Assembly: GCA_964435065.1 (NCBI GenBank)
Contig: CAYSXS010000005.1
Location: 1-54,220 of the forward strand
Source: an uncultured Gammaproteobacteria bacterium
GTDB taxonomy: Bacteria > Patescibacteriota > Patescibacteriia > UBA2196
Direction: 5' to 3'
DNA: 54,220 nucleotides
Under the pieces are notes generated by a model. The model made no database searches. It saw only the letters and a list, made by a program, of their open reading frames with translations, and was not told where the DNA came from. Below, in pieces: positions 29,461 to 39,814 of this stretch (position 1 is its first letter; each line of letters begins with the position of its first letter). Position numbers and translations under genes: made by a program.

Positions 29461-29630
29461 ATATTTGAGTAATAGTAGTAATTTTATATGAAAACACAAA
29501 AATTACAAGTTATTAATGATTAATATCGAATATTATCACAAAAACCTACATATGTCAATTAAAGTTATCCACATAAATCTTTAATTAAAATCATTGCTTT
29601 TTTAGCCAAAAAGTAGTTAAATTAAGTTAT

Positions 29631-30191
29631 ATGAGTATACATGAAAATGATAATTTTAGAGGTCCAGAAGAAAAACCTAGTTTGAGTTTAGAAGACAGAA
29701 CTAAAATCAAGGTAAACTTAACAGGGACACAGGATATGATGGAAGATATAACAGGTTATAACTGTAGTTTTAGTATTGAAAATCATTTAGAAAAAAAACA
29801 AACAATTACAGCTAGTCTTAATAAAAATGGCCAAATAGAACTACATATGCCCAAAGAAGAAGATTTAAAAGCTGATTTTAATATACCAACCTTAAAAACA
29901 AAATTAAAAGAGAAAATAGAAGAATGGATGTCTAATGATAATCAGCCAGAAGATCTAGTTAATAAAAATATTCCTATAAATAAAAACGTGCCCGAAGTTG
30001 TTGAAAAAAACGAGGGAAACAATTCAGAAGAACTTCCTAAAGATTGGGGGTTGGATAATAATGAAGAAAAAAAGCCAATGGACCGAGAGACATATAACAA
30101 CATGAAGAGTCATTGTGGGCATTGTGGTGGAGATCATTTAAACCACGAATGCCCAAAAGTAGATAAAGAGCTCGATCTAAACGACGAATAA
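29631..30191 (+). CDS. Acidic hypothetical protein with C-terminal CCHC zinc knuckle
   Basis: CGHCGGDHLNHEC (CX2CX3HX4C). Confidence 0.6.
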   Translation: MSIHENDNFRGPEEKPSLSLEDRTKIKVNLTGTQDMMEDITGYNCSFSIENHLEKKQTITASLNKNGQIELHMPKEEDLKADFNIPTLKTKLKEKIEEWMSNDNQPEDLVNKNIPINKNVPEVVEKNEGNNSEELPKDWGLDNNEEKKPMDRETYNNMKSHCGHCGGDHLNHECPKVDKELDLNDE

Positions 30192-30192
30192 C

Positions 30193-30384
30193 TTATTGTT
30201 TTAGATAATTAGAAATAGACCTATTATAGGTCTTTTCTTTTTCAGAAGAAAAATAACAAGCTGGCAGTTCTTCTCTATCTCTATGATAAGCCACACATTC
30301 ACAACACTTGCCTTTTTTGTCACAAGAATATGTGCAATTACAGTTTTTTAAATTGTTTTGAATATTACATTTAGGGGTTGACAT
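30193..30384 (-). CDS. Small Cys-rich protein (DUF6485-like)
   Basis: [27 protein letters not shown]. Confidence 0.8.
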   Translation of the reverse strand: MSTPKCNIQNNLKNCNCTYSCDKKGKCCECVAYHRDREELPACYFSSEKEKTYNRSISNYLKQ

Positions 30385-30461
30385 AAGGTTAAAAGTTTGC
30401 TTTAATATATTGTTAAGTTAAATTGTAAATTATATAACTCATTTAATTTTTGGAGGTAGTT

Positions 30462-31055
30462 GTGAAAAATATCATTTTATCAATACTTTGGATTCTTTTC
30501 TTGGCAAGCGTCTCGTTTGCACAGGATTTAGGATTAAAACTGGCTAATGGAGTTGTTTATGGAGGCAAAAGTCCTCTCAGTAATGGATTTGGGGGTAGTT
30601 GTACTTATATTAGTCCCGATACTTCAAAAAGTTTGATTTTTGAGGCCAACAATTCATTCCAGCAAGTAGTTTATAGCAGGAAGGTAACAAATTCTTTTTA
30701 TGTAGGACCTACTGGTGGATTGCTTGATAATGCGGTTTGGCTCGCACCAATCTTTATTTTTAATCCATTCAAAAAGATTTCTTTGATAAGTTGGAATGGA
30801 TTATATTTTGGTGAGCCTGGTCGGCCAGATTGGAAAACTAATTTCGCATTTGCGTACCATGCTATAGACATTTCACTTGGTAATTTTGTATTAAGTTATT
30901 CAATATTACATTTTATGATGGAAGTACCAATGAATATTCCAACTATAAAATATTCATTAAAAGTAAATAAAAAAGATTATTTAATCTTTTCCGCATCATA
31001 CCACATTCGAGATGATAAACCGATGTTTTTCATGTCCTGGTTGCGTGGGTTTTAG
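30462..31055 (+). CDS. Secreted beta-rich hypothetical protein
   Basis: GGAGG then GTG start, signal peptide SFA-Q, amphipathic strands, C-terminal Phe. Confidence 0.65.
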   Translation: MKNIILSILWILFLASVSFAQDLGLKLANGVVYGGKSPLSNGFGGSCTYISPDTSKSLIFEANNSFQQVVYSRKVTNSFYVGPTGGLLDNAVWLAPIFIFNPFKKISLISWNGLYFGEPGRPDWKTNFAFAYHAIDISLGNFVLSYSILHFMMEVPMNIPTIKYSLKVNKKDYLIFSASYHIRDDKPMFFMSWLRGF

Positions 31056-31084
31056 GTAGTTTTTAAGAGATATTAATCATTTGG

Positions 31085-31113
31085 ACAGGCTCGAACCAGG
31101 AGCCTGTTTTTTT
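31085..31113 (+). terminator. Intrinsic terminator
   Basis: ACAGGCTC...GAGCCTGT plus T-tract. Confidence 0.75.
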
Positions 31114-32353
31114 ATATATAAAACTTAATATTTTTAATTTCTTCTGGCAAATATCCTTGTTTTGAATCATCCTCAGAATGAGGATATATATATTCTTTAC
31201 CATAACCTAAATCTTTCATTAACTTTGTTGGTGCGTTTCTTAAATGTAATGGCACGGGTAAATTCATAGTTTCTTTTAAGATTTTCTCTGCCCTATTTAA
31301 TGCCATGTATGATTTATTGTCCTTAGGTGCTCTTGCTAAATATACAACACCTTGAGCCAAATTAATCCTACATTCTGGTAAGCCAATCTTTTCTACTGCT
31401 TCAAAAACCGCATTAGCCACAACTAAGGCCATTGAATGTCCGTTGCCAATATCTTCTGAAGCAAAGACTACCATTCTACGAGCTATAAACTTAGGATCTT
31501 CTCCAGCAGCTAGCATTCTTGCTAGCCAATAGACTGAGGCATCTATATCTGATCCTCTCATTGATTTAATAAAAGCAGATATTACATTATAATGTTCATC
31601 TCCTTTTTTGTCATAGATTAATGCTTTGTGCTGTAAGGCTTCTTCAATTAATTTCTTTGTTATCTTTTTGTCTTTTCCTACGTATTTAGAAGAAACTTCT
31701 AAGCCATTTAAAATTGTTCTTGCATCACCGTTAGCTGCACTGATTAAAAAATCTTCTGCATCTTTATTAATCTTTAACTTTAAACTTCCTAATCCTCTTT
31801 CTTTATTTATTAAAGTGTTTTTAATAACTTCTTTTAGATCATTAAAATCTAAAGGTTTTAATACGTATACACGAGAACGAGATAATAGCGCAGCTATAAC
31901 CTCAAATGAAGGGTTTTCTGTTGTTGCCCCTATTAAAGTGATAATCCCCTTTTCTACGTATGGCAATAAAGCATCTTGTTGGGCTTTATTCCACCTATGT
32001 ATTTCATCAATAAAAAGGATTGTTCTTTTGTTTTTAAACTTTCTTTCGTCGTGAGCCTTTTTAACAATATTTAATAAATCTTTTTTACCTGCTGTTACAG
32101 CTGTGAGTTGTATAAAATTTGAGTTAGTTGCTTTAGCAATAACTGTAGCTAAAGTTGTTTTTCCACAACCTGGAGGACCCCAAAAGATCATAGATGGTAG
32201 TTCATCTTGTTCTATTGCTTTACGTAATAAAGTATTTGGACCAATAATTTCTTTTTGACCAGCATATTCATTTAAATTTATCGGTCGCATTCTATCTGCT
32301 AAAGGTGCATTTTGTGCCAAATCCTTTTCTAAATTTTGATCAAATAAATCCAT
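31112..32353 (-). CDS. rarA: Replication-associated recombination protein A
   Basis: PLADRMRP, GPPGCGKTT, DEIHR, ATTENP, SAFIKSMRGSD, VPLHLRNAPT. Confidence 0.96.
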   Translation of the reverse strand: MDLFDQNLEKDLAQNAPLADRMRPINLNEYAGQKEIIGPNTLLRKAIEQDELPSMIFWGPPGCGKTTLATVIAKATNSNFIQLTAVTAGKKDLLNIVKKAHDERKFKNKRTILFIDEIHRWNKAQQDALLPYVEKGIITLIGATTENPSFEVIAALLSRSRVYVLKPLDFNDLKEVIKNTLINKERGLGSLKLKINKDAEDFLISAANGDARTILNGLEVSSKYVGKDKKITKKLIEEALQHKALIYDKKGDEHYNVISAFIKSMRGSDIDASVYWLARMLAAGEDPKFIARRMVVFASEDIGNGHSMALVVANAVFEAVEKIGLPECRINLAQGVVYLARAPKDNKSYMALNRAEKILKETMNLPVPLHLRNAPTKLMKDLGYGKEYIYPHSEDDSKQGYLPEEIKNIKFYI

Positions 32354-32461
32354 AGTCTTTATCTTATCTCAAACTATTCTTTTTTACAAACAAAAAATCC
32401 CTAAAATTAGGGAGCACCAAAACCAACATATTCTTAATTATTATGTTACTACATAATATTT

Positions 32462-32590
32462 TTACTTTTCGTCACATTTACATTTGCAGTCAATTCCACA
32501 CTTGCAACAATGATAACATAACTCAGAATTACATTCACATTTTGTATTGTGATTAATGGGCATTGTACATTGAGTACATCTTTCTTCCAT
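32462..32590 (-). CDS. 42-aa metallothionein-like Cys-rich peptide (not in ORF track)
   Basis: MEERCTQCTMPINHNTKCECNSELCYHCCKCGIDCKCKCDEK: 11 Cys and 2 His; 16 bp downstream of uppS, followed by a hairpin and U-tract. Confidence 0.75.
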   Translation of the reverse strand: MEERCTQCTMPINHNTKCECNSELCYHCCKCGIDCKCKCDEK

Positions 32591-32606
32591 ATATGTAATT
32601 TAATTT

Positions 32607-33278
32607 TTATTTTCCAAACCTACGTTGACGGTTATAGAAATCTTTAATTATTTTATTAAATTCTTTTTTACTAAAATCTGGCCATAATGTTTGAGTAAAG
32701 TATAACTCAGAATAAACCGATTGCCAAATTAAAAAATTTGATAAACGCATCTCTCCACCTGTACGTATAATTAAATCAGGATCTGGTATATCTGGGTTGT
32801 ATAAATGTTTTTGAATTATTTTTTCTGTAACTTGTTTTATTTTAGATATTTTTTTAACTGCATCTATGATTTCTGAACGACCACCATAGTTTAAACAAAC
32901 TTGTAATGTGGCTTTTTTATTATTCTTTGTGAGTTTTTCAGCTTTTTTAATAAGTTCTTGTATCTTTTTTGGAAATCCTTCTTTTCTACCAGAAATACGC
33001 ATACGGATTTTTTCTTTATGTAATTCATCTACTTCTTCTTGTAATACCTTAGATAAGAAGTTCATTAAAAAAGATACTTCAATTTTTGGTCTTTTCCAGT
33101 TTTCCGTAGAAAAAGCATACACTGTCAAATATTTTATCTTATTTTCTATACACCACTGTAAAGCCTTCTTTAATGTTTTACGTCCAAAGACATGACCTTT
33201 AAAGGCTGGTAAACCTCTTTTTCTGGCCCACCTTCTATTTCCATCCATTATTATTGCTAAATGATTTAGTTTATTCAT
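32607..33278 (-). CDS. uppS: Undecaprenyl diphosphate synthase
   Basis: HLAIIMDGNRRWA, FSTENWKR, NYGGR, RTGGEMRLSNF. Confidence 0.97.
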   Translation of the reverse strand: MNKLNHLAIIMDGNRRWARKRGLPAFKGHVFGRKTLKKALQWCIENKIKYLTVYAFSTENWKRPKIEVSFLMNFLSKVLQEEVDELHKEKIRMRISGRKEGFPKKIQELIKKAEKLTKNNKKATLQVCLNYGGRSEIIDAVKKISKIKQVTEKIIQKHLYNPDIPDPDLIIRTGGEMRLSNFLIWQSVYSELYFTQTLWPDFSKKEFNKIIKDFYNRQRRFGK

Positions 33279-33281
33279 ATA

Positions 33282-33839
33282 TTAAGCCGCCAATTTTGCG
33301 ATACCATCGGCTTCTTCTGCCATTAATTTAAATTCTTGCCAAACTTCATATTGCTTACTATATATTATTTTTCCTAACTTTTCTATATATATTTTATATT
33401 CTGCTTTTTTGTCTTCCGATTTCAGTGCATTTATCAATCTTTCTGTATTGTTTTCAAATTCTTTAGGATCTAGATTTGCTTTTAAAAGACCATTTAAATC
33501 ATCACTGTCAATTTTTTTATCCAATTCTCCATTTATCAAGAAACTTAAAATTTTAAACATGTGATTTTTGTCATCATCTTCTTCTGTTATTTCTATATAT
33601 AGTTGGCCAGCATTTATGTCTTGTTCAACCAGTTCTTGCATGCATTGCAATTGATCGCCAAAAGACACACCTCCTTTAGACATTTTTTCTAAAAATAAGT
33701 TTCTATCTATTTCACTGACTTCTGTGTATTGCATACTACCAGAACCTAATTTATTTAAGAAATATAAGATAATCTCATCTCTCAATTCTTTGTTAGGTGC
33801 TGTTTCTTTTTTCTCAAAATTAAATTTTGGTCCAATCAT
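33282..33839 (-). CDS. Hypothetical protein
   Basis: 185-aa ORF tightly packed in the operon. Confidence 0.65.
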   Translation of the reverse strand: MIGPKFNFEKKETAPNKELRDEIILYFLNKLGSGSMQYTEVSEIDRNLFLEKMSKGGVSFGDQLQCMQELVEQDINAGQLYIEITEEDDDKNHMFKILSFLINGELDKKIDSDDLNGLLKANLDPKEFENNTERLINALKSEDKKAEYKIYIEKLGKIIYSKQYEVWQEFKLMAEEADGIAKLAA

Positions 33840-33852
33840 ATATTTTTAAATA

Positions 33853-35607
33853 TTATTTTCTTACAGGTATGGTGAAATAGAAAGTTGAACCTTCGCCCTC
33901 TTTTGATTCAACGCCCATAGTTCCTTTATGTGATTCTATAATTCCTTTAGAAATAGCTAACCCCAAACCAGTTCCTTTTTTGTCAGATTGTACAGCAGTT
34001 GATTGAAATTGTTTGAACTTGTTAAACAATTCAGGAATTTTTTCTTCTGGTATTCCTATACCACTATCTGTTATGGCTACTATTATTGATGTAGGTAGTT
34101 TATTTATCTTCTCTTCCTTGTCTTTAATAAACCACTTAATCTTTGAGGTTTTCATTTCTTCTTTAATATCTTTACCTTTATTATGCATTAATGCTTGTAA
34201 AGTTATTTCGCCACCAGGTGATGTAAATTTTATAGAATTAGAAATTAAATTATTCAAAACTTGAGAAATTCTAGTTCCATCAAATTTAGCTTTTTCAGGT
34301 AAACCCTCACTTATATTTTTCTTTAATATTATTTTCTTATCTTTAGTTAAAGATGTAAAAAAATTCATTTTATCATCAAAGATCGGTAGTATAGGAGTTG
34401 GCTTTTGATTCAATTCAAACTTACCAGCTTCAAGCTTGGCAATATCCAATAGATCATTAACCATTTCTAACATCCCAGAAGAATTATCAAATATCATAGA
34501 AAGATATTCTGTAAAGCTTTCTGTTTCAGGTTTTATCTTTCCAGCTTTAAGCATTTCTGTCATCTTTTTAATACCATCAAGCGGTGTACGTAATTCATGC
34601 ACCATCATTGAAGTAAAGTCATCTCTCATCTTCTCTAATTCCTTTTCCTGAGTAATATCATGTAAAATAACAACACTTCCTAATGTTTCCCCCTTACTCA
34701 TTCCAAAACTACTTTTAACTGGTGAAACTATTGTTTGATAAAATCTATCTTTTAATAATATCTCTGGTGTTTCTAATATTTTATCTAACTTAACACTTTC
34801 TTCTAGCTTACCTCTAATATCAAAAGCGCCACTAAATTTATCAATAAAATCAAAAATTGTTACATCTTTTTTATCTTCAATTCCTACAGCTTCTTTAGCT
34901 TTAGGGTTAGCAACAACAATACGATAATCTTTGTCCGTCATTATTACTCCTTCAGACATGCTTTCTACCATTGAATTAAGTTTTTTCTGCTCTATTTCAA
35001 CCACTTCTTGTAGTTTTGTTACCGCTTGAGAGGCTTGACCTGTAATTTTATACAATATAGTCATCTCTTCTTCTTTGTATAACCCTTCCATAGTATGTGC
35101 AACAGTTAAAACTCCAACAACCTTATCACCTATTACTAAAGGAATGTTAAAGAAAGATTTAACTGGTGTTTCTATATTTTCTGTTAAAATAGCACCAGAT
35201 AAAACTTCTTGAACCTGTTTTGCAGAAAGTTTCTTATCTAATAAAGCAGATAAGGACTTTAACATTCTGTCTTTAACCTCATCAATAAAATCTCTAGAAA
35301 TGGATTTTTCTAAATGAACTTTAAATATTATCTCTTCTGGTTCAAGTAACATGTATGATACAGCACTGTAGTCTATAAACTGATGTAAAGAACCAGTAAT
35401 AATATCAATAATATTCTGTATATTTAAAGAATACCCAACTCGATCACCCAATTCTTTTAAAATGGCTAACTCATACATTTGTCTTTGAGTTTCTTTTTCT
35501 CGTTTAGCTAATTGTATTTTTGATTTATGGCTTTTATAATATAAAAATATACCAGCAATCATAACTAGGATAGCAAAAAACGTGAACACAATATTTAGTG
35601 TATTCAT
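33853..35607 (-). CDS. Sensor histidine kinase (TM-GAF-PAS-HisKA-HATPase)
   Basis: HELRTPL, NLISNSIKF, DSGIG, GTGLGL. Confidence 0.95.
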   Translation of the reverse strand: MNTLNIVFTFFAILVMIAGIFLYYKSHKSKIQLAKREKETQRQMYELAILKELGDRVGYSLNIQNIIDIITGSLHQFIDYSAVSYMLLEPEEIIFKVHLEKSISRDFIDEVKDRMLKSLSALLDKKLSAKQVQEVLSGAILTENIETPVKSFFNIPLVIGDKVVGVLTVAHTMEGLYKEEEMTILYKITGQASQAVTKLQEVVEIEQKKLNSMVESMSEGVIMTDKDYRIVVANPKAKEAVGIEDKKDVTIFDFIDKFSGAFDIRGKLEESVKLDKILETPEILLKDRFYQTIVSPVKSSFGMSKGETLGSVVILHDITQEKELEKMRDDFTSMMVHELRTPLDGIKKMTEMLKAGKIKPETESFTEYLSMIFDNSSGMLEMVNDLLDIAKLEAGKFELNQKPTPILPIFDDKMNFFTSLTKDKKIILKKNISEGLPEKAKFDGTRISQVLNNLISNSIKFTSPGGEITLQALMHNKGKDIKEEMKTSKIKWFIKDKEEKINKLPTSIIVAITDSGIGIPEEKIPELFNKFKQFQSTAVQSDKKGTGLGLAISKGIIESHKGTMGVESKEGEGSTFYFTIPVRK

Positions 35608-35630
35608 TTATTTAGAGATTAATTGTTTTT

Positions 35631-35972
35631 TTAAATCTTTGTTGCTTCTTTTTGAGCATTTATTAATGCTTTAAGAGACCAAACAAAAGTAACAAACCAA
35701 ATTGCAAAGATAGGGACAACTAGGTATACACTCTTAATGTCCGAAAACATGTATGCTGTACATACAATACCTAAACTATACATTTCTACAAGCATAGTAA
35801 AAACTAAAACTTTAGTAATTTTACCAACTAAAGATCCTTTTACCATGTTATAGACTGCTCTACCTTTAACAAAAATTAATATACTGCCAATAATTAATAC
35901 TGGCCAACCAACAATTAATATTATATTTCTTATCATATATAGTGAATTCATATTAAAAATTAAATTATTCAA
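35631..35972 (-). CDS. Small 3-TM membrane protein in the signalling operon
   Basis: Hydrophobic; start uncertain. Confidence 0.7.
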   Translation of the reverse strand: MNNLIFNMNSLYMIRNIILIVGWPVLIIGSILIFVKGRAVYNMVKGSLVGKITKVLVFTMLVEMYSLGIVCTAYMFSDIKSVYLVVPIFAIWFVTFVWSLKALINAQKEATKI

Positions 35973-36234
35973 CCTCTTTTAGGGTTGGGTATTTAGCAAA
36001 AACTGAACTTAGTGCGTTTTTAACTATCATACCTGATAAATCAACATATACATCAACAAGTTTTTTAATGATTTCTTGTGGGTCACCTTCAAGACTAGTT
36101 ACTTTTCCATCATCAGAAATTTCAACTCCACTTACACTTCTTGCTTTTAAGATAGCAATGTCAGGACCTAAAATAACAGCCTGCTTAGCTATTATTTCTG
36201 TCATTAATGCTAAATATTGTTCTTGTTGTTCCAT
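35965..36234 (-). CDS. Small hypothetical protein linked to two-component genes
   Basis: IIAKQAVILGPDIA..AR motif; operon context. Confidence 0.75.
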   Translation of the reverse strand: MEQQEQYLALMTEIIAKQAVILGPDIAILKARSVSGVEISDDGKVTSLEGDPQEIIKKLVDVYVDLSGMIVKNALSSVFAKYPTLKEVE

Positions 36235-36300
36235 AAATTTTTTCTAAAATAGTCAGATTTAAATTGACTATTTTTTATATATTTTATACACTCGACCTTT

Positions 36301-36684
36301 TTAAGATAATTCTAGTTTATCTTTAACTTTTTTAATAATATCTTTAGTTTCCCAATCAGATTTAACTAAATAATCAAAAGTCTGTTGTTTAGCAGCTTCA
36401 GCAATTTTTTCCATACCATCTAGGTTTGTTAAGATAATTACTTTAACATCTTTGCCCCAACTATCTTTTCTTACTTCTGCAAGCATTTCTAAACCATTCA
36501 TTTTAGGCATAGCTATATCTAACAAAATTAAATCAGGTTTTTCAGATAATGCTTTCTTTAAGCCTTCTTCCCCATTTTGTGCCTCTATTACAACAAATTC
36601 TTCTTGTCGTAAAGAATCACTTAAAGGACGTAAAAGACTTATTTCATCTTCTACAATTAATATCTTTTTATCTTTTGTAGTCAT
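36301..36684 (-). CDS. Single-domain response regulator
   Basis: ILIVED, PDLILLDIAMP, LTN, YLVK. Confidence 0.93.
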   Translation of the reverse strand: MTTKDKKILIVEDEISLLRPLSDSLRQEEFVVIEAQNGEEGLKKALSEKPDLILLDIAMPKMNGLEMLAEVRKDSWGKDVKVIILTNLDGMEKIAEAAKQQTFDYLVKSDWETKDIIKKVKDKLELS

Positions 36685-36696
36685 ATATTTATGTAT

Positions 36697-37068
36697 TTAA
36701 ATTAATAAACTTTTTATCTTTTTTACTATTAAATCTATACTAACTTCTGATTTGATAAAATAGTCACGAGCACCCAAAACATTAAGACAGTTATTAATCT
36801 CAGCTTGTTCAGATTTTGAAGATGTTACAACAACAGGAATTCTTTTTGAAATACCTTTTTCTTGTAAATTCTTCAATACTTCTTCTCCTGACATTTCAGG
36901 CATAATTAAATCCAGAACAATTAAGTCTGGTTCTGTTTCTTCTATTAATTCTAAACCTTCTTTACCATTTTCAGCAGTTACAACTTTGAAATCATTGCTA
37001 ACTAATTCATCACGCATAACCATGCGTAAAGCTTTATTATCTTCAATAATTAAAATTGTTTTATTCAT
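36697..37068 (-). CDS. Single-domain response regulator
   Basis: ILIIED, PDLIVLDLIMP, YFIK. Confidence 0.93.
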   Translation of the reverse strand: MNKTILIIEDNKALRMVMRDELVSNDFKVVTAENGKEGLELIEETEPDLIVLDLIMPEMSGEEVLKNLQEKGISKRIPVVVTSSKSEQAEINNCLNVLGARDYFIKSEVSIDLIVKKIKSLLI

Positions 37069-37089
37069 ATAATTAATTATACACCTTAA

Positions 37090-38124
37090 TTACTTTATTG
37101 TCTCTCCGTACTGCCAAAACTCCCAATGATCATATTTTTGGCCTATCCAATACCACCATTCTACACCCCAGAGATAGTTTTCTACAAATCCAACTTTACG
37201 TGCAAAACTTACATTTTTCTTAACTTGGTTAATATCCATTGAATATAGCTGGTCAAATAGCTGCATATCCTTCAAAGTGGGTTCTTTTACAACCTCATCC
37301 TTTTTATGCCTGTTCCTGGCCCATGGTTCAACTTGGAGTTCTGTGTTAATAACTTTATCCACATTTGTACGTAATTGAACTATTTTACTCTTTAGCCAAT
37401 AATATGCAGGAGGTAAAGGATAATTAAACCACCCCCATTGCTTGTTCCATGTTTGACGATACATAGAAACACCTAATATGTCTGAAATCTTAGCTCCTTT
37501 TGTCCATAAAGATAACTCTCCAGATTCAGTTATTACAACAGGTCTATTGTCTAATTCTTTAACTATAGATATTTCTTTTTTAACTAACTCATTATCACCT
37601 AAAGGACATTCTCCGAAGAAATCTGCAAAAGGTTCGTTATCTACTTGCCATTTTTTAATATTATCAAATTTCTTAAAATATTTTACTTCTGCTGTAATTA
37701 AATTAAATATCTTTTCTTGTATGTCTTTTTCAGATAAAGACTTATATATCTCAGGTACATGACACTCTGGCCAACGTGGTACACGACGTCCTAATACAGG
37801 CATAACTTCAATATTCTTTTCTGCTGCTTTTTCAACCATCCAACCATAGCTTGAAAAATCATATTTACCTGGTTGTCTTTCTACATCAGGCCAATAGATT
37901 GGTAAACGGATTGTTTTAAAATTCATCTCATCTATCATTGTTCCATATACTTGAACCCAATCTAATCCTAATTCTTCTGCTTGCAGTTTTGAAAATGTAA
38001 CACCCCAAATTACTTCTTGATCTTTTTGACTAAAATTCCAATTCCATAAAATCAAAAGAAATAAAAACAGAATTAAAACTGTGAAGAAAATGATATAGTG
38101 TAGTTTTATTTTTTTTGATTTCAT
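37090..38124 (-). CDS. Membrane-anchored clan GH-A-like glycoside hydrolase
   Basis: IRLPIYW, WQVDNEP (acid/base), TELQ (nucleophile). Confidence 0.75.
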   Translation of the reverse strand: MKSKKIKLHYIIFFTVLILFLFLLILWNWNFSQKDQEVIWGVTFSKLQAEELGLDWVQVYGTMIDEMNFKTIRLPIYWPDVERQPGKYDFSSYGWMVEKAAEKNIEVMPVLGRRVPRWPECHVPEIYKSLSEKDIQEKIFNLITAEVKYFKKFDNIKKWQVDNEPFADFFGECPLGDNELVKKEISIVKELDNRPVVITESGELSLWTKGAKISDILGVSMYRQTWNKQWGWFNYPLPPAYYWLKSKIVQLRTNVDKVINTELQVEPWARNRHKKDEVVKEPTLKDMQLFDQLYSMDINQVKKNVSFARKVGFVENYLWGVEWWYWIGQKYDHWEFWQYGETIK

Positions 38125-38849
38125 TTTTTGTATTTTTTTCTAATATATTTTCTAATTTTGAAAAATGTTTTCATTTCTTCTGAAGACCTACCTTCTTCAT
38201 AACGAGAAATACCCTTAGCTTTTAATTTCCAAACAAACTGTATTTTTCCAACTAATTTAAATTTTTCAGTTAAATATGCATCATCAGAAGCGTATTTTAA
38301 TTTTAATTCTTTTCTCATTTCTTCACAACCACCTAAACCGCCCATATTTTCATAAGTTTTTTTACGAAAAACTACATTACCACCCCAAAGTACATGAGTT
38401 GGTTTAATTACCCAGTACATTAAGAAAACAAAAAAGAAATGGATTTTAGAAAAAAAAGATAAGTTATAATAATAGAAAGGACCGCTAATTGCTATAACTG
38501 TTTCTTTTTTACTAAAAATTTCTTTTGCAGTTTTTATCCAATCTTTAGAAATTAAAGAATCTGTATCAAGAGAACCTATTAAATCATTTTTAACTTTTGA
38601 AAAAGCATTTAGTCTAGCAAAGGTCTGGCCTTGTTCTTTTTCTTCTAAGATCTTAAGTTCAACTCCAACATCTTTAAATTTATCTATAAAGCTCTCAGCT
38701 ATTTCTACAGATCTATCTGTTGAGTTATTGTCTATAAATATAACCTCTTCGGGCAGAACAGTTTGATGTAAAATGTGCCATAGACACTTACCTACTAATT
38801 TTTCCTCGTTATAACAAGGGATTACAATAGATAGTGTGGGATATTTCAT
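38121..38849 (-). CDS. GT2-family glycosyltransferase
   Basis: SIVIPCYNEE, DNNSTD, DTD. Confidence 0.9.
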   Translation of the reverse strand: MKYPTLSIVIPCYNEEKLVGKCLWHILHQTVLPEEVIFIDNNSTDRSVEIAESFIDKFKDVGVELKILEEKEQGQTFARLNAFSKVKNDLIGSLDTDSLISKDWIKTAKEIFSKKETVIAISGPFYYYNLSFFSKIHFFFVFLMYWVIKPTHVLWGGNVVFRKKTYENMGGLGGCEEMRKELKLKYASDDAYLTEKFKLVGKIQFVWKLKAKGISRYEEGRSSEEMKTFFKIRKYIRKKYKK

Positions 38850-39811
38850 ACAGCTATTAAATACAATCCAATTCCAATTATTAATATGGCAATAATTTTT
38901 TGAATAACTAATTCTTTAGTAAACTTTTCTTTAATTAGTTTTGGCAAAGTTGTTGTAAAAAGAATTACAAGTAAAAAGATGAATATATATTGAACACCCT
39001 GTAAAGCATTTACTAAAGTTACAGAACCTAAGAATATTGCATATTGTAACAGTAAAGCTCCCCCGCCTCCACACAATTGACCAAATAAAAATCTAATACT
39101 TGTAGATTTTGTTTGTTTTGGTTGTTTCTTATTCTTCTTAAAATCTCTTTTAATAATATTCCTATTCTTAATAGATACCAAAAGAAGCATAATAGCTAAA
39201 AAGCTACCTAACCTTGTCCAGATAAACCCAGTAAGGAATTCTGTATTTGTATATACAAACTTAGTTAAAACATGGGAAATGCCGAATAACAAACTAGCAG
39301 GTAAAGCAAACCACAACGTTTTTCTTATCTGAGGCAAAACTATTTTACTTTTTACTCCAAACTTATTCTTAATCCAACTTAAAGCCCCATGTTTTTGAAA
39401 ATCTAAAGATATTAAGAAAGTACCAATAATTAAAAATATGAAAGCAAAATATTGGTTAGAAGTTAAAGATTCTTCTAATACATACCAAGCAAATATGAAA
39501 ACAAAAATAGGGACTAAACCACCTATCATTGGTGCTACTCTAGTAGCATCATCTTTTTCTAAAGCTTTAAACATTAATATTAAAGCCCAAACAAAAGCAG
39601 CTCCAGCTATCAAGGAAACAATCAAAGTTAATATATTAGGTATTCCAAAACCAAACGGTATAACTAATAACATTAAAACTCCTCCTAGTACGGCTATAGA
39701 GAAAGTGTAACTAATAGGACTTAAGATATTCTTCTTAAGCATTGTCTTATCTATTACAGCTGCAACAGCATTTAATAGATAAGCAACAAGAGTAATAATT
39801 AACCAATTCAT
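38846..39811 (-). CDS. DMT/EamA-like transporter
   Basis: About 10 TMs in two repeats. Confidence 0.8.
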   Translation of the reverse strand: MNWLIITLVAYLLNAVAAVIDKTMLKKNILSPISYTFSIAVLGGVLMLLVIPFGFGIPNILTLIVSLIAGAAFVWALILMFKALEKDDATRVAPMIGGLVPIFVFIFAWYVLEESLTSNQYFAFIFLIIGTFLISLDFQKHGALSWIKNKFGVKSKIVLPQIRKTLWFALPASLLFGISHVLTKFVYTNTEFLTGFIWTRLGSFLAIMLLLVSIKNRNIIKRDFKKNKKQPKQTKSTSIRFLFGQLCGGGGALLLQYAIFLGSVTLVNALQGVQYIFIFLLVILFTTTLPKLIKEKFTKELVIQKIIAILIIGIGLYLIAV

Positions 39812-39814
39812 AAT

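Noticed and set aside
32391-32413. CAAAAAATCCCTAAAATTAGGGA resembles the left arm of the att repeat
   Set aside because: No TGGCAGGGGC core or right arm; it is explained as the minus-strand terminator after uppS and the Cys-rich peptide.
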